Below, piece by piece: positions 38,340 to 50,500 of a stretch of 64,000 bases of DNA. The translations under genes were made by a program, and so were the position numbers. The notes beneath the pieces were generated by a model that was given only the letters and a program-made list of their open reading frames with translations, was not told where the DNA came from and did no database searches. Each line of letters starts with the position of its first letter. Positions within the stretch are counted from its first letter, which is position 1. Source of the DNA: a virus; the IMG/VR virus record IMGVR_UViG_3300045051_000365, positions 9,201 to 73,200 of that record. One strand, 5' to 3'.

Positions 38340-38727
38340 TTGGAATATAGGGAAGCAAATAGCAATAGAAGCGTTCGGGGAAATGGTAGACGAGTTCGCC
38401 GGTGAAATAACCTACCAGATCCGCGATCCGAAATGGCAGTGGCCGCGGGAAACGCGACGGAGGAACAGCACGATCGCCGGTTCCCCCCGTGACATCGTGG
38501 ACACGGAAGAATTGAAAAATAGCCAGTTCACGGAAGATATTAGCGATACCTATAAGGTGATCGGCTACACCGCCGAACACGCCGCGCTAGTTCACGAGGG
38601 CTATCAAATAGAGCGGGCGGACGGGGGAGTAACCGACGTTCCCGCGCGCCCGTTTATCGATGAAGCGGTGAAGGAATACGATCCGCTAGAAAGCTACGCC
38701 GATATTTTACGGGAGAAGTTGGGTTAG
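38332..38727 (+). CDS. Tail-completion protein (HK97 gp10-like)
   Basis: SPRDIVDT.ELKNS, YT.EHA..VHEG, PARPFI. Confidence 0.75.
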   Translation: MINWNIGKQIAIEAFGEMVDEFAGEITYQIRDPKWQWPRETRRRNSTIAGSPRDIVDTEELKNSQFTEDISDTYKVIGYTAEHAALVHEGYQIERADGGVTDVPARPFIDEAVKEYDPLESYADILREKLG

Positions 38728-38842
38728 AACTATATGGCAATTAAATTTTACAAAAGTCCGTTTCACGCGACCGAATCGCCCGAGCGAGCCGATATGTTAT
38801 GCAAAATAGTTGATCTTTTGTTAAAAATAAGGGATATAAGAA

Positions 38843-39289
38843 ATGAACGAAACCGAACTAAGATCGACCCTAGCGGCGATCAGAAATAACCTGATTCTCG
38901 TTCTCGATTCCGACCTCGGAAAATACGAGATTTTAAATCCCTCGGGACAAAAAATAAGCGAGGTTCCCGCTATCTGGACAGAACCGCCCGAACTACCCTC
39001 GAATTATCGGGTAAAACCCGATAGCGGGATCGAGACGATAATCCAACGGGAACCCGATCCCGAATACGATTCCCTACTCGGGAACTATATCGAGGTCGCG
39101 AGATACACGATCGTACTCAAGCAGTACGATCTATCCCGTTCCCTGACCCCCGTTGTCGGCAGACTCCAGATCTGCCCGTACTGGAACGTCCTAGAATCGC
39201 CCCGCGTCACGTCCTACACGAAAACGCCCGAAGGAATTGTCCGCCCGAGAGCCGTTATCAAGGTATCGACGGCCAAAGTTTTAAGGTAA
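38843..39289 (+). CDS. Putative tail terminator
   Basis: Size and position directly before tail tube gene. Confidence 0.55.
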   Translation: MNETELRSTLAAIRNNLILVLDSDLGKYEILNPSGQKISEVPAIWTEPPELPSNYRVKPDSGIETIIQREPDPEYDSLLGNYIEVARYTIVLKQYDLSRSLTPVVGRLQICPYWNVLESPRVTSYTKTPEGIVRPRAVIKVSTAKVLR

Positions 39290-39325
39290 AATATTACTTG
39301 AAACTTTAGGCAGAAAGATAAAATA

Positions 39326-40066
39326 ATGTCTACCTACGCGGATCTCAAGACCCCGGACAATCTAACCCCGGCGCGTAACACGAAAGTATTAGTGTCGGCC
39401 GTTTTTCCCTACGGCGATCCCGCCCCTGCTAGAACCGTCGCGCTCGCCGCGGGCGTTGACGAGGGAGACGATCAGATCACCGTGGCGAGCGGGGGATTCG
39501 GTCGCCTTCTATTCGAGGGAACCAAGATCGAGATCGGGGCTACCGGCAACTACGTCATCGTTCGGAAGAAAACCACGACCACGACGCAAGTAGCGATCGA
39601 CATCGAACCGGCAAAATTCTCCGATACTCTCGACACACCGACCCCGCAAACCTGCACGATCCGCGCGTGGATTCCTGTAATCAGCGCGAAGACCTACAAC
39701 ATCGACGCGAGTAATAACGAGGGTTCCGACTCCGTTTTCTCGGACGATCTCGCGATGGAGAAATTCATCGAGAGCGTCAACTACTCGGGTTCCGTCTCCG
39801 GCCCGGAAGTGTACGGAGATCCCTCCCTCAAAGTGATCACCGCGGCCGAAGAAGCGGGCGCGTGTCTGTACCTCGAAATCCTCAAACCCGGACAGCGCGG
39901 CGGGCGTAACGCTCAATGCTATGTTTCCCGCGGCGAGAACGGCGATAAAACCGCCTATCTCCAGAACACGATCAACCTCACGATCACGGGCAAGGCGGGC
40001 TACATCGATGGTATGGCAAGCTCTCCGTTCGATGGCGACGTGGTTCAAGCCGACTACACCTTATGA
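39326..40066 (+). CDS. Major tail (tube) protein
   Basis: Beta-rich 246 aa; ends I.LTITG; precedes chaperones and TMP. Confidence 0.7.
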   Translation: MSTYADLKTPDNLTPARNTKVLVSAVFPYGDPAPARTVALAAGVDEGDDQITVASGGFGRLLFEGTKIEIGATGNYVIVRKKTTTTTQVAIDIEPAKFSDTLDTPTPQTCTIRAWIPVISAKTYNIDASNNEGSDSVFSDDLAMEKFIESVNYSGSVSGPEVYGDPSLKVITAAEEAGACLYLEILKPGQRGGRNAQCYVSRGENGDKTAYLQNTINLTITGKAGYIDGMASSPFDGDVVQADYTL

Positions 40067-40338
40067 TGATCCGGCACTTGACGGACGCGGGGCAAGAGGT
40101 ATTTCTCGTGAATTGCGAGATCCGCGGTGAATACCTTTACTTCCGCGTCGGGGTGTTCGATCGAGAAATAAAGGACGAGAAAAAAACCTTCTATTCAGAC
40201 CCCGATCCGAGGGGACACCGGGACGAGTACGAACTAGAACTCGATCCCCTCTGGTTGAACGATCTACCGCGCGTAAAAAAAAATAAGCGAGTAAAAATAC
40301 ATGGCATTAAGCATCTTAGGAAAATTCAAGACGGATGA
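40063..40338 (+). CDS. Hypothetical tail-region protein
   Basis: ATGA coupling to tube gene. Confidence 0.55.
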   Translation: MMIRHLTDAGQEVFLVNCEIRGEYLYFRVGVFDREIKDEKKTFYSDPDPRGHRDEYELELDPLWLNDLPRVKKNKRVKIHGIKHLRKIQDG

Positions 40339-41071
40339 AGCCCACTTTTTCCCGCTAAGGAAGGAATGGATCGGGTACATCGAGGAGGAAAAAGTATTAG
40401 AAAAACTCGATACGATCGTATCGGAAAAAGACGGGGAGATCGGGATCGAATTAACCAAGCGGTACGGGGTTCACCCGTCCGAGAATAAGGCTATTCCCGA
40501 AGCGTTCGAGAGACGGGAAAAAGCCGATAAAGTTTTTCTAGAACAGCTTAAAGCGGTTAGCCAGAAAACCGGGCTATCGATCGGGGAGGTCGAATCGATC
40601 GTCATGAGCGATAACTCTCTCGCCGAACGCGTCGAAGAAATCATGGTTTCCGCCGCGGAGATGACGGACTCGCGCCCCGAGGAAAAAATAAATATCGCGA
40701 AGGTCGTACAAGAATCGATCTCCGATTCCCGCAAAAAACGCCGCGAGTTTAGTAAAGAAACCGCCGATCTTATCGCGCCGTTTCTCGATGAATTAAATAG
40801 TCTATTTCAAGAAAGATCCGACGCGTTCGACAATTACAATCGCGAACTAATCACCTTGTTTTTAAATAGCCCGCGCCGGGTAGCGAAAGCCAATCCCAAA
40901 AAAGAACCCCTCACCCGCTCCGACATCGAAGGACTTCACCCGGCGATGCTGATCCGCTTTTATAACGATTACGTTTACCCCGATATTAACCAGTGGCCCG
41001 CGCCGCCCGCGGTGAGCGAACCCGAAAAAGAACTCGAACCCGAGGAGGAGGAAACCGAAAAAAAAGAATAG
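40301..41071 (+). CDS. Tail assembly chaperone (G-like)
   Basis: Position; ends at slippery A8G before TAG. Confidence 0.7.
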   Translation: MALSILGKFKTDEAHFFPLRKEWIGYIEEEKVLEKLDTIVSEKDGEIGIELTKRYGVHPSENKAIPEAFERREKADKVFLEQLKAVSQKTGLSIGEVESIVMSDNSLAERVEEIMVSAAEMTDSRPEEKINIAKVVQESISDSRKKRREFSKETADLIAPFLDELNSLFQERSDAFDNYNRELITLFLNSPRRVAKANPKKEPLTRSDIEGLHPAMLIRFYNDYVYPDINQWPAPPAVSEPEKELEPEEEETEKKE

Positions 41072-41517
41072 ACGACGCGATAGAGGCGAGGTTAGAGGCG
41101 ATAAGCAACCCGATCGAATGGGAGAAGATCTATTTCCAGTGGTTCGCTTGGGGACTGCCGGCCGAAGAATGGCACGAGTGGCCGGACTGGATGATCCTCA
41201 AAAAATGGTCGGGAGTGCAACGGGTCAAGGCGGAAGAAATAAACTCGCTATCGGGAACCGCAAGCCAGATCGCCGCGATGGTTCACGCGTACATGAAAGC
41301 GCAAGCCAAAGATAGCGGGAAAGTGGACGATCTCTCGCCCGGCGATTTTCTCCCCTACCGACTAGAGAAAGAGAAAGAATATTTCTTCGATCCCGAAACC
41401 GCCGAAGTATTGGTAGAGGCGTTAAAAGCCGGGGAGGTTCCCGTCTACGCCCTACAGATAATCGTGGATTGCGGACTTTACGACGAACTTATACTGCTAG
41501 GGGATAAAACAAAATGA
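41059..41517 (+). CDS. Tail assembly chaperone -1 frameshift extension (T-like)
   Basis: -1 frame KKRIDDAIEARL...DFLPY runs to the TMP start. Confidence 0.65.
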   Translation, partial: KKRIDDAIEARLEAISNPIEWEKIYFQWFAWGLPAEEWHEWPDWMILKKWSGVQRVKAEEINSLSGTASQIAAMVHAYMKAQAKDSGKVDDLSPGDFLPYRLEKEKEYFFDPETAEVLVEALKAGEVPVYALQIIVDCGLYDELILLGDKTK

Positions 41518-44500
41518 CGCTCTCGCTCGGTACGCTTGAAATCGGATTAGGGCTAAATACCGCCGATTACGATCGGAAGATCGCGAGAGCGGAGAATCGG
41601 ATCTCCTCGTTGAAACGTCAGGTCGAGCGCGTCGGCATGACCGCGAGAATCAAAGTAGAGGTTGACGATCGCCGCCTCTACGAACTGAACGATCACCTAA
41701 AACTCAAACGGGACGACCTCGATAAAACCGCCGCGCACTACCGACGTAATCCGATCCGCGTTCGAGTGGAAGACGATTCCCTAATCCGCCTCAATCGGGA
41801 GTTGCGGGAATTACAGCGCGTCAGCGTCGATATACGGGTTCCCTCTCGCCTCGTTGTCGAACATCGCTTCTCGGGGTATCAGGATCGGGTAGAAAAGGCG
41901 ATCGAGCGATTATCCGTCACCGTTCGTAACTCTAGCCCGCGTTCCCGGAATCCCCTCGAAAAACTATTTAATCTGACCGTGGGCAACGCGGTCGGGGGAT
42001 TTTTCACGGGGGCGGGAGCCTACGCGGGAGTAAAAGCCGGAAAAGGTTTTTATAAGGGATTCGATACCGACTTCGACGCGATCGGGCGGGAATTCGGCAT
42101 TTACACGAAAGACAAGGTGGATCGGGTCAAAAAAGGACTCGATACGGGATTTCGGGAGTTGCTAGGGTTCCCCGATGGATTGAAAGACGCGAAACGCCTA
42201 TTTCAAAAGAATTTTGATACTTTCCTCGATAACATCACCGATCCGGGGTTTTACCGGGATCTAGAGGATCTTTTCGTCGCGATGGCGCAAGCGAAGTTCG
42301 ATCCCTCGATCCTGAAAGCCGGGGCAAAACTAACCGAGAGCCAAGCGGCCGATAAAAAAATATTCGAGGAAGCGCGGGGAAAAGTAGTTTCTCGATTCGA
42401 GGAAACGGTTAAAGAGGATTTTGTCCGAGCGGCCGGGGCTTTCATGAAGCTATCGGCTCAACCCCTGCGAGTTCGTAAGCGGGTACAACTCCGGGACTCT
42501 TCCGAGATGGCCCGGCAACAGTCGGGAATTTTCGGGCGGGAATACGACGCGGTTCGGGACAAGATCGACGCGTCCGATAATATCGTTCTCATGACGGGCG
42601 GCGTTGACCCGACAAAATCGAAGCGGGGCAAGCCCAATGTAGATACGACCTATCAGATCGCCGCGGGAATTCAAGCTCTTTTCCCGAAAGCGTTCGTAGA
42701 TACCATTACGCCCTATCACACGACATCGATCGAGGATCTAGAACAGGGCGCGTATAACCGGATCTTGCGGGGATCGATCCTGCCGTTTATCAAAGAACAG
42801 AAAGACGCGCTCGCTAACCTTTTTGGCGAGAAGATGGTTAACGACATCATCGCCAACCTCGAACAGTTTCACCCGGTAGAGTCGATCCTCCGGCAGTCTG
42901 TCGAGAAGGGCTATAACGACGACTCGATCCGGATGGCCACGAAAGCACTATCCGCGTCGATGATGTTCCCCGATAAAAAGATCACCCTCGCCGGGGCATC
43001 GGGGGGCGGCTTCGTCGTGGAAGAGGCGATCGCTATCCTCAATCAGATAGCGAAACGGTTTCCCGAATTACGAAAAGCGATCTCGAATATCAAGGGATTC
43101 GCTATCGGTACTCCGATGGCCGGCATGACGGCGACAAGTGGCGGGATAAAGGGAGAGTACGCCAAATTCCAAGCCTATATCGGAACGCTAGACCATATCG
43201 GGAAAGGATTTTTCGGGGATACCCTGTACGCCGGGGACAGAAAAACGGCGAAACCGAACGAGATCGAGAGACTCGATAACGAGATCGCTCTCCCCGGCGG
43301 GATATTAAATCCGAAAAATAATCTGCAAACCGTGATCGGCGGATGGGGATACGATCACGAGGTCGGGAAAATGCTCGCGGATCTCGGAAAGCCCGTTTCT
43401 GAATTCCTGCTACTCCTTTCCTCGTTCCTGAATAACCGGGTAATGCGACCCGAAGAAGCCAAGCGACTAACGGGAGTATTCGAGAAAATAAAATCCCTGA
43501 AAGTCGGGCAAGATGCTAACGCCTATATCGACGATCTCGCGGCGATTATCAAAGAGATCGGAAGCGTAAACAAAAAAATAGGCGGGATTCTCGATACCAA
43601 AGAACTCGGGACGCTATTGCGAAAAACCCGACAACTAGCGCGCGCGACGGGGAGCGAGGGAGCGAAACAATTCGAGGGACAGATCGCTAGGGAGATCGAG
43701 GGGGTTCTGAGATCCGGACTCGGGATCGATAACGTGGCCGGACTCGGGGAACGCGGGGGCGGGCAAACCTCTTTAGTCGTTCGCAATATCTCGGATCTAA
43801 TCCGGGACGCGTTCAACGAATTAGCCCGAAGACAGGGCAAGCCGTCGCCGTATCCCGAATCGGACTTTCAGCCGCTCGATCCCTTTCTCGAATCGATCGC
43901 CACGATCGAGGACGCGCTACGCAAGTCGGCCGAAGAATTAAATTTGCCCGCGGGTGATTTCGGAAGCCTGATCCAACTATGGAAAGCGGGCAAGGCGACG
44001 GAACCGCCGGTAAGGGGCTATGCCGACGAATTCCGTTCCGTGTACCGGGATTTTCTCAAAGAACTCGGGAAACTCTCGAAACTAGGGAAAAACTATTTCC
44101 AGAAAAGCGAGGACGGGAGAACGAAAGTAGATTTTTACAAACTTCTTTGGGATTCCGCGAAGATCGCCGCGGCCTACGGACAGCCTCCCTACGCGGAAAT
44201 GTCCGGGAAATACCGCGAGCAAACTTTCAATACACCCGAAGAGAAACAGATGGAAAAAGCCTTACTCGCTTTTTTCAAGCTGTACGAGAAAGACGCGGAA
44301 ATATTCAAGAAGCAATATCTAGAGATCGCTCTAGAGGCGAAAAAGCTGTACGCGGCGGGAGATCCCGCGGGATTACAGAAACTAACCGAACTTCTGTCCA
44401 CCTCGAAATTCTCGCGGATCGCGGAACTCGGGAAGAATATAAAAACCGCGAAGAGCGGCAGGATCGGCAAAGAAAAAGCCCTCGGGGAAGGAACGAACTA

Positions 44501-47500
44501 CAAACGCCTCGCGGGATTCTTGGACAAGTTGCTAGAAAGTCTCGTCCGGTACGAGGTATCGAACCGACAGGATACGAGTGGGTTCGGGGAACTCGCCGCC
44601 GCGGGCTACGGTATTAACGCGATCCTCGATTTCGTGAATCTCGCGGCAGAACGGGGCAAGGAATTCGCCCGCGTCCCCGATCTCCTAAAATCGTCACAAA
44701 TACAATCGGCACTAGAAGATCCCGAGATCGCTAAAAAATTCGAGATCAAGGCCGAGAACATGAAATCGGCCTTACAAGAGGTTTACGCCAATCTAGAAAC
44801 GCCCCTAGAAAGAAAGACGGCCGAAATTGTCGAGGCTTACGTTAGCGGTATCTCGAAACTGATCGACTCGATCGACGCGGAGATCGTCGCCCGAAAAGTT
44901 TCTACCCCCGTCACCATTGACGGCAGACTCCGGGAGATGGCCGTCAATCGCCTACAGACCCCCGACCGCAATAACGAGATCGTCAACATCGCGGGGAACG
45001 AGGATACCGCGAGTCTACTGCTACAGACGGCCAAGCGCGAGATCTTTAATGCCCTCAATCTCTCGGATAAATCGCTCTGGAAGGGGGCGAACGCGACGAT
45101 CCAGATCTTCGATCGGCTCGTCATCGCCGCCCGAAAGGTAGAATCCGCTTTTCTCGGGAGAATACCGGCGGCGATGGCCGCGAAGAATATAGCGGCTCCC
45201 GTTGTCGCGCCGATGGCGTTGGGGGCGATGACCCTCGCGGGATTGCCCGATGATGTCGCTCACGGGATCTATCAATCGCTATACAACGTTTTTCACGAGC
45301 TTTACAAAACAGGAAGCGATAAATACGTCCAGGAACTAGCCGCGCATATCAAAGACGCGCTAGATATTGCGGTTCCCGCCGACGCGAACCCCGCTATCCG
45401 GGGGATTATTCAGGGCGTGAACATGGCGACCGAACAGATAGCTAACGCGGTGATCGCGCCGATACAAAGCGTTGCAAACTCGATCGTGGAAGGAGAATCC
45501 GCGGGAACCGCTTACGCTACCGCGACGACAGTAACGGGATTCGCCGTAGAAACCCTATTCGGGACGGCCAGAAAAGCGATCGCCCCGAAAGCGTTAGCCC
45601 CCGAAAAACTTGTCGAACTAGAAGCGAAAGGGATGGCACTAGGCGCGTCCCTCGCTAAACTTACCGATTCTCTCTCTAGAATCACGAATAATCTGCCCGC
45701 GCTCCCCCCCGGCGTTGACCCTTTCAAGCGGGAATATTACACCCGCGACCGACTACGGGAGATCGCTCGCAATCAGGGATTGAACGTACTGCCGGGCGGG
45801 AGTAAAAAAACGCCCTCGGTCGATGATTACTGGAAGGCGATTATCTCGAAAGTCCCGCCCGAGACGTTAATAAAACTTCTCCTCGCCACGAACGAAAAAG
45901 GACGCACGAAAGCGGGACGCGAGGCGTTAGCGGGGATGAGTTACGCGGCCTCCCCGATCGATAAAGGATTCGTGACGACGATCGGGCAGTCGGTCGCGAC
46001 CGTCCGTAAAATGGCGAAAGGCTCGCTCGCGGAAGCGGAACCCGATCCCCGCAAGCTCGCGGAATACTACCGGCAACTACAGAAAATCAAGGGCGAGATC
46101 GCTAAAGTTCGAGCGAACCCCGAACTCGACACATCGGGACTCAATCGCAACCTTAACGCCCTCGTTATTAATATCGAGAATTTACAGGGGGATATTCAAC
46201 GCTCGATCGGGAACCTAACAAAAGGAGCGAATAACGAGCTAGATTCCGCGAGACTGAACACCCGCGAGATCGGGGAGAACGCTATAGACGATCTCGATGA
46301 CGCGCTCGGGAACCGATCGCCCTCGTGGAAAGGAAAGCGATCCGGGAAAAACCTGATCAAGGGATTGGAAATAGGAACCGCGGAAGAGGCGAGAGTCTTT
46401 ATCGGTCAGATCGACGCGCTATTCCGAGATATTAATAAACGCCTTGAACTCAACCAGAAGCAGGGCGGAAAATTCCTGATCTACGCGAGACGGGAACACC
46501 TCGACTCGATTATGAACACGGGCTACCAAGCCCTACACCCGAACAGCAACAAGGATCGCTCTCTCCGAAAACGATTCGAGAACGCTATCCGTCCCGACTA
46601 CTCTCCCGAGGGGGTCAGTCCGATTTACGGGTTCTGGCATCCCGACGCGGCCGGTAAATTCATCGGAACCGGGGGAGGGATAAACCGACCGCGCGCGCTG
46701 ATGGCTTTCGGAACCCATAACTACGGCGGGAGAGAACCCGTAGCCCTAGAGGGTTTGTTCAACCCCGATCGGATGATGTTACACGCGGGCGACAGTCTCG
46801 GGATGGCAAGCGGGCTGGCAAGCTCCGCTCCGATGTCGCGCGATATGGTCGAGCGGATAACGTCCCGTTTCGGGAGACTCATCGAGGCCGACATCCCGAA
46901 AATGTTCGAGAAATTCCGAATCGCTACAGGAGACGAGGAATTTAGTTCGGACACTTACGGCATGGAAGGGATCTTGTGGGATAAATTCCTTCTCACGGCA
47001 GTAGGCGCGTTGCACACCTATGACGGACAGATCGGGGGAGTCCGTCCGTTCGAGGACGGTACAAGGGAACTGGCCAAGAAAAAAGGCATCGAGCTACAGG
47101 ATCTCGAATGGGTACAAGACCCGAACGCGAGCGATTGGGACAAGCTTCTCGGGCGTGACGGGATGTTTCAAGAGCGGACGCAACCCGGCGCGATCAAGCA
47201 ACAGATGTCGCGGTTCCAAGAACTTTATAAGCTCTGGCAAGATCCGAGCCTGCCCGCCGGTAAACGTAAGGATATTTTTATCGAGCTATCCGTCGCGCTC
47301 CTCAAGCAACAGGGAGAACTCCGAACGATCGCTACCGCTATCGGCGCGGATATGTCTACCTTGATGTTCACCGCGGGCAAGGTCGGCGCGTCCAATTTCC
47401 AAAAAGGTTTACAGATCGGGGTCGCCACGAACGAGGCGGAAAAAATCGCCTACCAGAACGCGCTCGACATCGTGGACGAGACGAACAAGGGACTCGGGAA

Positions 47501-50500
47501 CGCGTCGCCGTCCAAAAAAGCGATGAAAGCGATGCGGTTCTTCTACGAGGGACTAGCGTTAGGCGCGCGCCAGATCCGCTTCGGACTAGGACTAGAAACC
47601 CGCTTCGATAAAGAGGTGAGCGACTTTACTTTCTTTGTCGGGATGAAGTCGAAAGAAGCCCGAAAAGCGGTGCTTCAGGCTCTTAAAGAGATGGGGCTAG
47701 ACCGCGGGGAACGCTTACAGGTTATCGACGAAGTTCTCGGATCGATGGATTCGGGAACCTTTACTTCCCCCCGCGCTTTCCAAGCGATGAAGCGGGCTAC
47801 CGTTATCGCCCGCCCGAAAACAACGCGAGAAGAAATCCTCGGGGATTGGAACAAAAAACGCGACAATTTATTTAACACCCTCGATAGCATCGAGAAAGCG
47901 GGAGTTTCTAGCGGGTTCACGAGAGGGATCGTTAGCGGTATCCGCGTCGCCGTCGCGCAACTCGACGGATTTATAGGTTCGCTATCGACGGCCGGTAAAC
48001 TACTACGGACGATCGATAAGGAACTCGACGCGGCCACGGGCGGGATGTTCAATCTCAGAAAAGCCGCGCTCGCGGTAGTCGGGGGATTCGCTCTACTCAA
48101 GGGAGCGGAATTCTTATTACAGCCGCTTTATTTCGGTATTCAAAATCTTCCCTTCACCGTACAGCAAGCGGTAACGAACTCGCTTCAGTCTCTAGTCGAG
48201 CTACAGAGAATCAAGGTTAACCTCGATGTCGCCGGGGTAGACAACGCGGACGAGGCGATCGGACAGTTGCGGGATCGGGCTAACGAACTCGGTATCTCGT
48301 TCAAAGAGAGCGTGAAACAGTACGCGCAATTCCGGATCGTCACTACCGACACCCCGCTAGAGGCTCAGGGCGATTCTATCTACCGGGGATTTCAATCGGC
48401 TCTCGCGGTGCGCAATACCAACCCGCAACAACAGACCGAGACATTCCGGGCGATCAATCAGATGGCCTCCCGCTCCGTTCTGTCGGTGGAAGAATTCACC
48501 CAACAGTTAACCGAGTCCGGGGGACTTTACGACGCGCTGATCGTCGCCGCCCGAGCGATGGGACTAACCACCGCCGAATTCTACCGGCAAGCGTCCGCGG
48601 GACAATTGTTATCGCAAGACGTGATCCCCCGGTTATCGGCCGAATACGAGCGGATGAGCGCGGGGGGACTCGGGGAATCTGGGAAAACCCTACAGGCGGA
48701 AATTAACCGCTATCAGAATAATCTCGAACAGTTATCGATGGGAGTCGGGGAGAAGATCGGCGCGGTAGCCTATCCCGCTCTACAACTGCTGAACGTCGCG
48801 CTAGGGGGGGTAAACGACAACCTCGACGCCTTGTTAATTGTCGCGAGAGCCGCGCTTAACGTCACGATCGGGTTAGTCACAAAATCCGTCCTACAATTTA
48901 TTGCCGCCACGCGACTCGGACAGCTTGTCCTTTCTTCGTACAATGCCGCTCTTTTTACTACTGGAGTACGCGCCGGAGAAACCGCCACGCGGATGCAAAT
49001 GTTGTCAGCGACAGCGAAAGCGACGGGGGTAGTTTTTAATTCGGCTATTTCGGTAATGGCGATCCCTCTCGCCGTGACCGCGGGATTACAACTATTCTTC
49101 GCGATCTGGAACGCGGGGAGCGAGGATCTTCGTAACAATCTACAGACGATCAAAGAATCGAAAAAAGTATTAGAAGATCTCGGGAAAATCAAGCCCGAAT
49201 CTAACCGGCAAAATTTCCTAGAAAAAGTTTTCACGCCGGAACAAACCAAAAAAGATCTATCCGAGGGGAACTGGTGGGATAAAACGGTCGCGCTCTTTAC
49301 GTGGAGTCCGTTCCGGGAAGCGGGAAAAGTCGGATTCGATAGCTACGGAACGAGCAAGGATATTCGGAATATTAACGACACCCTAAAAGAAGGCGAAACC
49401 GTCCTAAAGGGATACAGGGATCAACTTTCCGATGTAACCGGGATCGATAAATTTATCGATTCCCTGCAAGGTCTTCGGAACAAGCTCGCTCAGGTTCGCG
49501 CGGAACGGGCGATCGCCGCGGGGAAAGGGGATTCCGCGGGAGTGGCGCGGGCGAATACCGTCGAACAAGAACTGATGAAACAGGAACAGGAAGCGATCGA
49601 TAAACGCTTCGGTTCTCTAGGGTCCCGTATTGCCGCGGATCTGCAAGCTTACGAAAGCTCGCTCGCGAAACTGGAAGAGTCTTATCAAAAAGGCAATGTT
49701 TCCGTAGACGAATACACGGACAAATCGACAAAACTTAAAGCCGTAATCGCCCAACTCAAAGCCGAACAGCAGAATTATCTCAATATACTCAAGGATCAAG
49801 AAAAGCAGTACAAAAAACTTCAGTTCGGTTTTAAAAGAACCCTTAACGCTCAAGAAAATCGAGACTTTATTAACGCTCGAAAATCCCTGAATCGGCAGAT
49901 CGGCAACGAGAAGGGATTCGCCGCGGGACAGCTTAACGAGTACGAATTTAACGTCAGGGTGCGGGAGGAATCGCTACAGACGGCAAAAGAGAAAATCGCC
50001 TCGCTACAGACAACCGCGACGGAAACGGGGGCAAAACTCAATACCCGCATCACCGAAGCGGCCGATAAAACCCTCTCCACTTATTTCGGCAAAGACCTCG
50101 AACGGCTCGGGGTTGGCAGTTTTTCCGAGGCGATCGCGAAAAACCTCCTCTCCCCGAAAATGATCGAGGATGTCATGGACGAGTTTTCGGGAGATCTCGA
50201 ATCGAACGCCGCGCTAAAAAATATCCTAGAGATGGCGAAACGGTACGTCTCTACCCGACAGGATATTCTATCCTCGGAAAAAGAGATTCAGGCGATCAAC
50301 CGGGAAATTATTACCGAGCGGAAGCGTCGCCAGATAAACGAGAAACAGGCGGGGAACGAGGTTCTTATCGCCGGGAAACAGGAAAAACTCTATTCCTCTA
50401 CCCCGACCGGAAAACTCCGCTCGTTTCAATCGTCCGAGACGCGGCTATCCCTAGAAGAACTTTACAAGCAACTGGCGATCGAGCAGGAACGGCTCGCGGC

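Noticed and set aside
43979-44617. Long alternate-frame and antisense ORFs within TMP (likewise 91..828, 14200..14682, 39509..40048, 61550..62170)
   Set aside because: Shadow ORFs expected from codon bias in GC-rich genes; no RBS or motifs
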